The translations under genes and the position numbers were made by a program. The notes under the pieces were generated by a model that was not told the origin of the DNA, searched no databases, and saw nothing but the letters and a program-made list of their open reading frames with translations. From contig CAZETL010000002.1 of NCBI GenBank assembly GCA_964515255.1, forward strand, positions 1-33,390: a stretch of DNA of 33,390 nt, in the 5' to 3' direction. The DNA is from an uncultured Bdellovibrionales bacterium (GTDB lineage Bacteria; Patescibacteriota; Minisyncoccia; Moranbacterales; UBA1568). This document shows, one piece after another, positions 9,327 to 17,429 of this stretch (position 1 is its first letter; each line of letters begins with the position of its first letter).

Positions 9327-10526
9327 ATGGGAATGACGAATATAAAATTCAGGAATATTTTCTTTCTCTTGGCTTTCCTTGTAGGTACGCTGTTTCCCTT
9401 TGGCTCCTCGTTTGCTCAGTCGATAGACGATGAATTCTCGTCGCGTGCCGCACAGGTTGCTCTTGATGCTTTTCGGCTGGCACTCGAAAGCATGAAAGGC
9501 GATGGGTCGGTGAGCGAACTTTGTTCAAAAGTGGATGCAAGGTGTGATGGAGAGAAAAAAGAGGCTCGAGGGAAGAACTCGTCTGGTGATTTTGTTGCAG
9601 TTTTTCTTGATGATTCCGATGAGCAGCTTGGTTGCGGTGACGGTGTTGCGAAGATCCGATTTATTCGCGTCGAGGGGAGTTTTGCGAACAGCACCCGAGT
9701 GCTTGGAGCGAGGATATCTTTCAGGGAGGAATCTGTTGCAAAATGCGGATCTGCAAATGGATCGTCCTACGAGAATTCGCATATCCCAGAGGCGGATTTG
9801 TGTGAAAAGGGGTCTCCGAGTCCCATTGCAAAATCGAGTGACGGGAAACAGTGGGTATGGCTTTGTATAGCAGGAGACGCCAATGTCTCATGCTCGGCGA
9901 GCGTCATCGATACGAACGGTCTCGCGGGGAAGTGCGGAGATGCCGCGAAAGAGTATCTGCCCGAGGAGAGCGTTTTTTCAGGGCCGTTTTGTTCCAAAGG
10001 AAACTCTCGTCCGGTGGACATAGCTTTCCCGGTTCCAGGAGCATCGGTATCGTGGCGCTGCGTATCGGACGGGTATGAATCGGAGGCTTGCATCGCAAGG
10101 CGTCGATCCTCCGGCTCCACAAATGACTGCTCGCTCATTTCCGATCCGTTCGGAATTCCTGATGGATACGGGCCGCCGTTCAATATGCTCTCATCTGCAC
10201 AGGAACCAGTTCTTACTGTTTCATGCGATCCGGGGAACATTCGAGCGACGGCAGGGAGTTCAACGGCTCAAACATTCGTCTACAATAAGGGGTTTGTATA
10301 TGCGGGAGGCTCATGGCAAAGCATTTCTTTTTCAGGGATGAATGCTACGGGGAATCCGGGGTGGCTTTCGGGTAAGGCGAATTCCTCTCTTCTTCCCGAA
10401 GCGACGGGCGGGGCGGGAAATTTTGTTATTGCCTTTGTCTGTCAATACGTCGAGAATTCCTGGAAGTGCGGATGTCGAGATAAGGCATGCGCCAATAGCT
10501 TTTGGACTCTTCAGAAATACAAGTGA
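9327..10526 (+). CDS. Exported Cys-rich repeat protein, paralog C (divergent). The ORF is open from GTG 9291; ATG 9327 is preferred
   Basis: From ATG 9327 the N-terminus MGMTNIKFRNIFFLLAFLVGTLFPFGSSFA|QS is a signal peptide. It has two 4-Cys modules and a C-terminal domain sharing NFVIAFVCQY..SWKCGCRD.AC..WTLQ.YK with A and B. Confidence 0.78.
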   Translation: MGMTNIKFRNIFFLLAFLVGTLFPFGSSFAQSIDDEFSSRAAQVALDAFRLALESMKGDGSVSELCSKVDARCDGEKKEARGKNSSGDFVAVFLDDSDEQLGCGDGVAKIRFIRVEGSFANSTRVLGARISFREESVAKCGSANGSSYENSHIPEADLCEKGSPSPIAKSSDGKQWVWLCIAGDANVSCSASVIDTNGLAGKCGDAAKEYLPEESVFSGPFCSKGNSRPVDIAFPVPGASVSWRCVSDGYESEACIARRRSSGSTNDCSLISDPFGIPDGYGPPFNMLSSAQEPVLTVSCDPGNIRATAGSSTAQTFVYNKGFVYAGGSWQSISFSGMNATGNPGWLSGKANSSLLPEATGGAGNFVIAFVCQYVENSWKCGCRDKACANSFWTLQKYK

Positions 10527-10563
10527 ATCTCAATCTTGCGGATTCAGGGATTTGCGGGAATGG

Positions 10564-10599
10564 AAACGGAGGATGATGATCAATCGCCTCCGTTTTTTA
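10564..10599 (+). terminator. Rho-independent terminator after paralog C
   Basis: AAACGGAGG-(14 nt)-CCTCCGTTT followed by a T-run. Confidence 0.7.
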
Positions 10600-10715
10600 T
10601 CCTCCTATTGAGGGTTCCCGTAGAATCCTTGTGGGAAGCTGATTCCCATGCTATTTATTTACGAGAGCTTCCGAGAGTTCGGATTGTTTTCCTGGGTAAA
10701 GAGACAAACAAGCAT

Positions 10716-11849
10716 ATGGCTCCGGAGTCCAATACTGAGCGCGGCGGAGAACGCGGAAGAAAAAAATATGTCCGAACCGCACATGGTGCTCTCGAAACAC
10801 CGTTTTTCATGCCGGACGCCACTCGGGCCTCAGTTAGAGGTATTGAAATGAATTCGGTCCGGAATATCGGCATTGAAGCGGCAGTGGTGAATACCTACCA
10901 CCTTATGTTGCATCCGGGATCCCGGGCTATTGCGGGATTTGGAGGAGTTCACCGATTTATGGGATGGGATTTCCCGGTCCTGTCCGATTCCGGGGGGTAT
11001 CAGGTGTATTCATTGATCCATAAGCATCCGGATTTTGGGAAAATTACCGAGGATGGAGCTATATTTCGGTCTCCCCTTGATGGGTCGAAACGACTTTTGA
11101 CACCAGAGAAGTCTATCGATATCCAGTTCGATCTCGGCGTTGATATGATGGTGTGCTTGGATGATCCGAGGCCGAATGATGCTCCCCAAAGCGATCTCGT
11201 CCAGGCGGTTGAACGGACTATTCGATGGGCAAGGCGTTGCAAGGATCGATATGAAGAGCGAGTTATAAACGTAGATCCGAATCGTCGGCCACTTCTTTTC
11301 GGAGTTGTGCAGGGCGGGTTGGATCTCGAGCTTCGTCGGGAATGCGCTTCGGAGCTTGGAAAGATTGGTTTTGACGGATACGGTTTTGGAGCGAGACACA
11401 TTGATAATGATGGAAGTTTCCTTGAAGAAGTGCTGCGCGAGACAGCGAAGGCTGTGCCGGAGACATCTTTGCGATTTGCGCTTGGAGTTGGAACTCCGAT
11501 GGATATCGTTCGCTGTTATCGGCTCGGCTGGGATATGTTTGATTGCGTTATCCCGACACGAGAGGGGCGACATGGCCGCGCATTCGTCTGGAAGCGCGAG
11601 ATGTTGCTTGATGACGATTTCTATGATGCGATCCGTATAACGGGGGAGCAGTTTTCGGATGATCTCAGGCCGATAGATTCGGAGTGCGATTGCCCTGCGT
11701 GTCGAGGAGGATTTTCGCGGGCGTACATTCGCTACCTTTTTTCGAGTGCCGATTCGCTTGGCTCGAGACTTGTCTCTTTGCATAACCTTAGATTTTACGC
11801 GCAGTTGCTTCAATTGCTCCGCACCGGAAGCGAACGGGTGTTTCTTTGA
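10716..11849 (+). CDS. tgt: tRNA-guanine transglycosylase (queuine/preQ1 tRNA-ribosyltransferase family)
   Basis: Blocks ETPFFMPDAT, DSGGYQV and MFDCVIPTREGRHG, plus the Zn site CDCPAC. The ORF is open from 10536, but homology-like sequence begins near ATG 10716. Confidence 0.85.
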   Translation: MAPESNTERGGERGRKKYVRTAHGALETPFFMPDATRASVRGIEMNSVRNIGIEAAVVNTYHLMLHPGSRAIAGFGGVHRFMGWDFPVLSDSGGYQVYSLIHKHPDFGKITEDGAIFRSPLDGSKRLLTPEKSIDIQFDLGVDMMVCLDDPRPNDAPQSDLVQAVERTIRWARRCKDRYEERVINVDPNRRPLLFGVVQGGLDLELRRECASELGKIGFDGYGFGARHIDNDGSFLEEVLRETAKAVPETSLRFALGVGTPMDIVRCYRLGWDMFDCVIPTREGRHGRAFVWKREMLLDDDFYDAIRITGEQFSDDLRPIDSECDCPACRGGFSRAYIRYLFSSADSLGSRLVSLHNLRFYAQLLQLLRTGSERVFL

Positions 11850-11915
11850 CATTTTTACGATAAAAGGGTAGGATAAATCAGTTCTGGAACGTTCCGTTCT
11901 AACCCTCACTCATCT

Positions 11916-13415
11916 ATGGATCGGTCACTTGTTACCATGGAGAAGATTGTTTCCCTCGCAAAACGGCGAGGTTTTGTGTTTCCTGGGAGCGATATTTACG
12001 GCGGACTCGCAAATTCGTGGGACTACGGTCCTTATGGATCTCAGCTCAAGAAGAATATAAAGGACCACTGGTGGAACACATTTGTTGAAAGCCGAGATGA
12101 TATTGTTGGCGTCGACGCAGCTATCATCATGAATCCGCGAGTGTGGGAGGCAAGCGGACATATTTCAGGATTCAATGATTTTCTTATCGAGTGCAAAGAA
12201 TGTCACGAGCGAGTTCGCCCCGATCAGCACCTTGATTCGGATAACCAGCGCGTTTTCACGGCCGTCTTTTCGGAGATGATGTTTAAGCGGATGGAGACAG
12301 AGAGGCTTCGGCGCGAGGCGGGGAGCGAACCAAGTCTCAATATGCTGACGGCGGAACAATACGAAAAGGAAGTCGAAGATCTTGGCACGCGAATACTCGA
12401 GGTGCTCCGAACGATACCCTGTCCCCATTGCGGGAAGCGAGAGTGGTCGCATCCGACGCTTTTTAATCTCATGTTTAAGACTTTTGTAGGGCCGACGGAG
12501 GAGTCGGCGAATATTGTGTATCTTCGCCCCGAGACTGCGCAGGCGATGTTTGTGGATTTTCCGCTCATAGCGACGACGTCGCGCAAGCGGCTTCCATTTG
12601 GCGTCGGACAGATCGGAAAGGCTTTCCGAAACGAGATTACTCCCGGAAATTTTATTTTCCGAACGAGAGAGTTCGAACAGATGGAGATCGAGTATTTCTT
12701 TGATCCGGAGAAGCATCCTTGGAACGACGTTTTTGAATCATGGAAAAGCGAGATGGAGTCGTGGATGCGGATGGTTGGCATGGATATGGATCATGTCCAT
12801 CCCACGGAGATACCCGAGGGGGATCGGGCGCATTATTCGTCTCGAACCATTGACTTTGAATTCGACTATCCATTCGGACGAAAGGAGCTTTTCGGACTTG
12901 CGTACCGAACGGACTATGACCTTGCTCGCCATGCGGAATTTTCCCGACGCGACATGATGTGGGAAAATCCTGAGACGAAGAAGAAACTGGTGCCTCATGT
13001 GATAGAACCGACTTTTGGGTTGGATCGCGCACTCCTTGCGATCCTTCTTTCCGCATATGACGAAGAGGTGGTAGAGGGGGGCGAAACGCGCACGGTGCTT
13101 CATCTTGCAAAGTCGATTGCGCCGGTCAAAGTAGCGGTATTTCCGCTTCTCAAAAACAAACCCGAGCTCGTAGCGAAGGCGCGCGAAGTCTTTGATTCTC
13201 TTCGAAAGGATTTTGTATGCGAATTTGATGATAATGGCAATGTAGGAAAACGGTATCGCCGCCAGGACGAGATAGGGACGCCTTATTGCGTAACAATTGA
13301 TTTTGAGACGCTGGATAATGGAACGGTGACGGTGCGGGATCGAGATACGATGCAGCAAGACCGCGTTGCGATTACTGATCTCCGAGAGGTTATGCGCGAT
13401 CGACTTTCGGATTAG
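11916..13415 (+). CDS. glyQS: Glycine--tRNA ligase (dimeric class II, GlyQS type)
   Basis: N-terminus KRRGFVFPGSDIYGGLANSWDYGPYG, motif 2 FRNEITPGNFIFRTREFEQMEIEYF, GLDR motif 3 and a C-terminal anticodon-binding domain. Confidence 0.9.
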   Translation: MDRSLVTMEKIVSLAKRRGFVFPGSDIYGGLANSWDYGPYGSQLKKNIKDHWWNTFVESRDDIVGVDAAIIMNPRVWEASGHISGFNDFLIECKECHERVRPDQHLDSDNQRVFTAVFSEMMFKRMETERLRREAGSEPSLNMLTAEQYEKEVEDLGTRILEVLRTIPCPHCGKREWSHPTLFNLMFKTFVGPTEESANIVYLRPETAQAMFVDFPLIATTSRKRLPFGVGQIGKAFRNEITPGNFIFRTREFEQMEIEYFFDPEKHPWNDVFESWKSEMESWMRMVGMDMDHVHPTEIPEGDRAHYSSRTIDFEFDYPFGRKELFGLAYRTDYDLARHAEFSRRDMMWENPETKKKLVPHVIEPTFGLDRALLAILLSAYDEEVVEGGETRTVLHLAKSIAPVKVAVFPLLKNKPELVAKAREVFDSLRKDFVCEFDDNGNVGKRYRRQDEIGTPYCVTIDFETLDNGTVTVRDRDTMQQDRVAITDLREVMRDRLSD

Positions 13416-13484
13416 ATTGATACGGTTGGGTTGATGCGCATAAACGAGATCGGATCAGGAAGACTTAATGATATTTTTCCGTGT

Positions 13485-14753
13485 ATGCAATACGAGAAAC
13501 TGACGCTTCCGAATGGACTCCGTGTTATTCTTGCGCCAATGCCGGAATCGATGACGACGACGGTGTTGATCACGACGGCAACTGGTTCCCGGTATGAGAC
13601 GAAGGAAGAGAGTGGGCTGTCGCATTTTCTGGAGCACATGTTCTTTAAGGGGACCAAAAAGCGGCCGACAGCGCTTTCCATTAGCGAAGAACTCGATGGG
13701 GTTGGCGGAGAGTACAATGCGTTCACTTCGAAAGACCGCACGGCATATTATGCGAAAGTGGATGCGAAACATGCCGCGATGGCGCTTGATATCGTAAGCG
13801 ATTTATTTCTCAACTCAACGCTTCCGACTGAAGAGATAGATCGCGAGCGCGGTCCGATTCTGCAGGAATTGAGCATGTATGAGGATACGCCAGTCCGGCA
13901 TGTCGGAGATATTTTCGAGGCGCTTCTCTACGGGGATCACCCGCTTGGCCGGGATATTATCGGGACGAGGGAGAATATTCGCAGGTTCAAACGCGATGAG
14001 TTTATTTCGTATCTCAACCGGGCATACGTTGCTTCAAATGTTGTTGTTGGCGTCGCCGGAAAGTTTGATGTCGATTGGGCGAAAAGGACCATTGAGGGGG
14101 ATTTCGCGGGGATGCGGACCGGAAAGAATCCGAACCGGGAGAAAATTTCCGAGCATCAGGTCTCTCCCGCCGTTCTTCTCCAAACGAAGACAACCGACCA
14201 GACTCACTTTATACTCGGCGTCCGAGCCTTCGACTTCTTCCACCGAGACAGGCATGCTCTTGCCGTTTTGTCGACGCTTCTCGGAGGCGGCATGTCGAGC
14301 AGGCTTTTCATGGCGGTGAGAGAGCGGCGCGGTCTTGCTTATAGTGTCCACACGGGGACGGATGCGTACCATGATGCTGGGTACCTTGCAACGCAATGCG
14401 GTGTCGAGCACGGAAATCTCGAGAAGACAATCGCTGTTATTTTGGAAGAGTATCGGCGTATCCGGGAAGAAACAGTATCTGAGAAAGAGCTCGTGAAAGC
14501 GAAGGAGAATATAAAAGGCAGCATGTCGATGCATCTTGAAGCCTCCGATGATATCGCGAGCTTCCTCGTGGACCAGGAGAGTCTCAAAGGGGAGATTGTG
14601 CTCCCGGAGCAGCGATTTGCAGAAATCGATGCCGTGTCCGCTGATGATGTGCGTCGAGTCGCAGAAGAAATTTTTCTTCCTGAACGGCTGAATCTCGCTG
14701 TGATCGGGCCGCAGGAGTCGAAAGAAAGTCTTGAGGGTATGCTGCGCCTCTAA
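13485..14753 (+). CDS. M16 (pitrilysin/insulinase) family zinc peptidase
   Basis: HFLEHMFFKG (HxxEH) zinc motif and the typical N-terminus ..KLTLPNGLRVIL. Alternative upstream starts are TTG 13431 and ATG 13434. Confidence 0.85.
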   Translation: MQYEKLTLPNGLRVILAPMPESMTTTVLITTATGSRYETKEESGLSHFLEHMFFKGTKKRPTALSISEELDGVGGEYNAFTSKDRTAYYAKVDAKHAAMALDIVSDLFLNSTLPTEEIDRERGPILQELSMYEDTPVRHVGDIFEALLYGDHPLGRDIIGTRENIRRFKRDEFISYLNRAYVASNVVVGVAGKFDVDWAKRTIEGDFAGMRTGKNPNREKISEHQVSPAVLLQTKTTDQTHFILGVRAFDFFHRDRHALAVLSTLLGGGMSSRLFMAVRERRGLAYSVHTGTDAYHDAGYLATQCGVEHGNLEKTIAVILEEYRRIREETVSEKELVKAKENIKGSMSMHLEASDDIASFLVDQESLKGEIVLPEQRFAEIDAVSADDVRRVAEEIFLPERLNLAVIGPQESKESLEGMLRL

Positions 14754-14910
14754 AAGGAATTTGTGAAATTCTCTCTATCTTTTGGCATTTTGCTGAATGG
14801 GAGCTGTTGGGCCTTGTAAAGTGCGGAACTGACAGCAGAAAGCGGAGAAATCGGTGTACGCCTGGCTGCGCTGGTAAATATGCCGCTGTCGGGATGGGAA
14901 GTTAGCATTG

Positions 14911-15999
14911 ATGAAGAAAGCGGTGCATCGTATAGGTTCAAAAGAAATGATCCATCCCATAGACTCTATGAGCAGAGAACAATATATTGATGCTTGGTCA
15001 AAGATTTTGTTTCGTGCTGCCGCTGTGGTGGTTGGGCTTTCCTTTCTCTATTTTATTCGCGACATCATCACCCTTTTCTTTGTTTCCATCATCGTGACGG
15101 CGTCGGTTGCTCCGGCTATCGAGCGACTCGAGGTAATGCGGATTCCGAGGGCGCTTGGTGTTCTTTTTGTGTACGCGGTGATTATCGGCATTCTCGTGAC
15201 GGTTGTGTCGCTTGTCGTTCCTGCTGTTTCGGGACAGGTTAGGGAGTTCTCGCTCAATGCGCCGACTTACCTTGAGAAATGGTCTCTTTTTGCAAACGGG
15301 ATAGAGTCATACTTCCGTCTTCACGATGTTTCGATTGGCTCTGATGCGGATACGCCGCCGTCTCTTGAGGCGGGCGGTGCTGTATCGGGAATCTTTTCGA
15401 CGACAGTCGGATTTTTTCGGGCGGTATTCTCCGTCGTTGTAGTGTTTTTTCTTTCGCTCTACATGTCATTTGAACGGCGCGGCATCGACAAAGTGCTTCG
15501 TACGTTGACGCCTGCCGAGTATGAGGATCGGGTCCTCTCATTTTCTCGGAAAATCCAAGATAAGATCGGGCAGTGGATGTTTGGGCAGCTCCTTCTCATG
15601 GCAGTAGTCTTTTCTTTTTATTTCATTGGACTTACGATGCTTGGAATTCCGTACGCTTTTCTCTTGGCCCTTCTCGGTGGACTTCTTGAAATAGTGCCGT
15701 ATGCTGGACCGACCATGGCGGCGATACCCGCTGCACTTCTTGGATTTCTTATTTCTCCGTGGCTCGGCGTTGGCGTTGTTTTTCTCTATATTGCTATTCA
15801 GCAAATCCAAAATCATATCGTGATTCCCCAAATAATGCGGAGGACTGTCGGATTGAACCCGGTAGCGGTTATATTATCGCTTCTTATCGGTGCAAAACTT
15901 GCCGGTGTCGCGGGAATTCTCGTCGCGGTTCCATCGGCGGCCGCGCTCTCAGTCTTTGTCGAAGAATTTCTCGGGGATCGGAAAGGGAAATCCGAGTGA
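14911..15999 (+). CDS. AI-2E family transporter (PerM/UPF0118 permease)
   Basis: Multi-TM profile with the conserved EIVPYAGP block. TTG 14908 is an alternative start. Confidence 0.8.
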   Translation: MKKAVHRIGSKEMIHPIDSMSREQYIDAWSKILFRAAAVVVGLSFLYFIRDIITLFFVSIIVTASVAPAIERLEVMRIPRALGVLFVYAVIIGILVTVVSLVVPAVSGQVREFSLNAPTYLEKWSLFANGIESYFRLHDVSIGSDADTPPSLEAGGAVSGIFSTTVGFFRAVFSVVVVFFLSLYMSFERRGIDKVLRTLTPAEYEDRVLSFSRKIQDKIGQWMFGQLLLMAVVFSFYFIGLTMLGIPYAFLLALLGGLLEIVPYAGPTMAAIPAALLGFLISPWLGVGVVFLYIAIQQIQNHIVIPQIMRRTVGLNPVAVILSLLIGAKLAGVAGILVAVPSAAALSVFVEEFLGDRKGKSE

Positions 16000-16022
16000 T
16001 TGGCCGTATTGAAGTATTGAAT

Positions 16023-16760
16023 ATGCTGAAGCAGAAGCCTCTTATGAATGATGAGGAAGATGTCATTCAACTCGAAGACACGGAACTTCCGAATCGAGGG
16101 GTTTTATTTGTTGTTGCGACGCCGATTGGAAATATGGAGGACATAACGCTCCGCGCGCTCCATATTCTCGGTGAGTGCGATGCGATCGTATGCGAGGACA
16201 CGCGTGTCGCGAAAAAACTCCTTTTTCGCCACAATATATCGAAGCCGCTTCTTGCTATCCCGCAGCGGGCGGCGGACGAAAAAATTCGCCGGATTATCGG
16301 CATGCTCGAATTAGGGAAACGAGTCGCGCTCATAACCGACGCCGGGACGCCAGGAGTTTCCGATCCGGGAAATGAACTTGTTGCCTCTGTTTCTGAAAAT
16401 GGTTTTCGGGTCTCGCCCGTACCGGGACCATCAGCGCTTGGAGCGCTTCTTTCAATTGCCGGAGTGAATATGCAGGAATTTCTTTTTAAGGGGTTTCCGC
16501 CGCACAAGAAGGGAAGAGAGACTTTTTTCCGAAATGTTGCTGAATCAGCGGTGCCGATTGTCTACTATGAGTCGCCCTATCGCGTCGTTAAAAATTTGGA
16601 GCTTCTCTCGACACTCGCACCGGAAAAGCATATTATTCTCGGGCGAGAACTTACCAAGATGTTTGAAGAGGTTATTCGCGGAAGCGTTGCGGAAGTGTTA
16701 GCGCATTACCAGAAGAATCCGGGAAAGGTGAAAGGAGAGTTTTCTATGTTGGTTGTCTAG
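16023..16760 (+). CDS. rsmI: 16S rRNA (cytidine1402-2'-O)-methyltransferase
   Basis: TP-methylase blocks VATPIGNMEDITLRAL and TDAGTPGVSDPG. The ORF-track start at 15759 overlaps the permease and is unlikely. GTG 15996 (GTGA overlap) is an alternative start. Confidence 0.85.
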   Translation: MLKQKPLMNDEEDVIQLEDTELPNRGVLFVVATPIGNMEDITLRALHILGECDAIVCEDTRVAKKLLFRHNISKPLLAIPQRAADEKIRRIIGMLELGKRVALITDAGTPGVSDPGNELVASVSENGFRVSPVPGPSALGALLSIAGVNMQEFLFKGFPPHKKGRETFFRNVAESAVPIVYYESPYRVVKNLELLSTLAPEKHIILGRELTKMFEEVIRGSVAEVLAHYQKNPGKVKGEFSMLVV

Positions 16761-16920
16761 AGCTCGTCTCAAAAATAGTTTTGAAGCGATTCTGAGTATT
16801 TTTCGAGAGCGAAAACTTTGAAAACCAATGAATAACGGCATTATTTCGAAGAGATTTGAAAAGTTTGCAGTTGAGAAAGATAGGAATTCGAGTCATGAAT
16901 GATTTTTGAGATGAGCTCTA
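16758..16920. repeat. 163-bp AT-rich element bounded by 19-bp inverted repeats (a MITE-like element or a long structured RNA)
   Basis: TAGAGCTCGTCTCAAAAAT (16758-16776) pairs with ATTTTTGAGATGAGCTCTA (16902-16920) at 18/19 positions. The odd position is a G.U pair in RNA. A T6 run follows at 16922-16927. Confidence 0.6.
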
Positions 16921-16941
16921 GTTTTTTGATTGCGCTGGCAT

Positions 16942-16976
16942 AAAAAAGCGGAGCTTGGTTGTAATTTCCAAGCTCC
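16942..16976 (-). terminator. Rho-independent terminator of the 106-aa minus-strand ORF
   Basis: On the minus strand: GGAGCTTGG-aaattacaa-CCAAGCTCC followed by gcTTTTTT. Confidence 0.7.
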
Positions 16977-17017
16977 AAAGACCTTAGGCAACGCGGAGTG
17001 ACCGACGAAGGGAAGAG

Positions 17018-17338
17018 TTATTTCTCTTCGTTGCTAAAATTGTCGATAAGGAAAAATCCGTCTGGATTGTCAGGAGAAATGACTCCCACGAGAGAATTTT
17101 TGCAATGGACCGTCACTGCGCGGCTTGAGGGGTGCACTGTGAAGTGATGAACAGGACAAGTTCCCCTATCGATGTTGCTGATTGTCATCTGCTGTTTCCA
17201 CATCAAGTCGCTCTCCGTGTACTGGTAAGATGACGTGCCAGTTTGAGGATGAGGTTTGTCCGCAAGAAGGCAAGCAAGCAGCATGGAAGCAAGAGCAGAA
17301 ACGGACAGGAAAACGATCGGATTGGAGCTTGCTTTCAT
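17018..17338 (-). CDS. Small secreted protein or possible lipoprotein, function unknown
   Basis: Signal peptide MKASSNPIVFLSVSALASMLLAC (lipobox-like LLAC). It has its own minus-strand hairpin plus U-run terminator at 16942-16976. Confidence 0.55.
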   Translation of the reverse strand: MKASSNPIVFLSVSALASMLLACLLADKPHPQTGTSSYQYTESDLMWKQQMTISNIDRGTCPVHHFTVHPSSRAVTVHCKNSLVGVISPDNPDGFFLIDNFSNEEK

Positions 17339-17429
17339 TTCGTACTCCTCAAAGAAGTTGTTGCGTGAAAAGAACCGTTGAGGGTCTACGGAAAGAACCC
17401 GACTCGAAACCTATAATGGAAAAACTGTT

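Noticed and set aside
11010-11909. A 299-aa minus-strand ORF (also 21041-22000, 319 aa; 32249-33088 plus strand, 279 aa; 7722-8456, 244 aa; 23295-23936 and 23959-24567)
   Set aside because: All lie antisense to confidently assigned genes (tgt, the metal-binding SBP, the PD-(D/E)XK nuclease, paralog B, the permease, nrdG). They have low-complexity, Arg/Ser/Pro-rich translations.
15759-16022. Long N-terminal extensions suggested by the ORF track for rsmI (and similarly 10536-10715 tgt, 18745-18867 methyltransferase, 21131-21334 SBP, 22926-23006 permease, 31069-31248 PPIase, 31086-31205 DUF1361)
   Set aside because: The extensions overlap the preceding gene or a terminator/promoter region and have an odd Cys/Arg-rich composition. 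Homology-like sequence, signal peptides or lipoboxes begin at the internal ATG or GTG.
16828-16902. A 24-codon sORF (MNNGIISKRFEKFAVEKDRNSSHE) inside the inverted-repeat element
   Set aside because: It has no RBS, is very short, and lies in a region better explained by RNA/DNA secondary structure.
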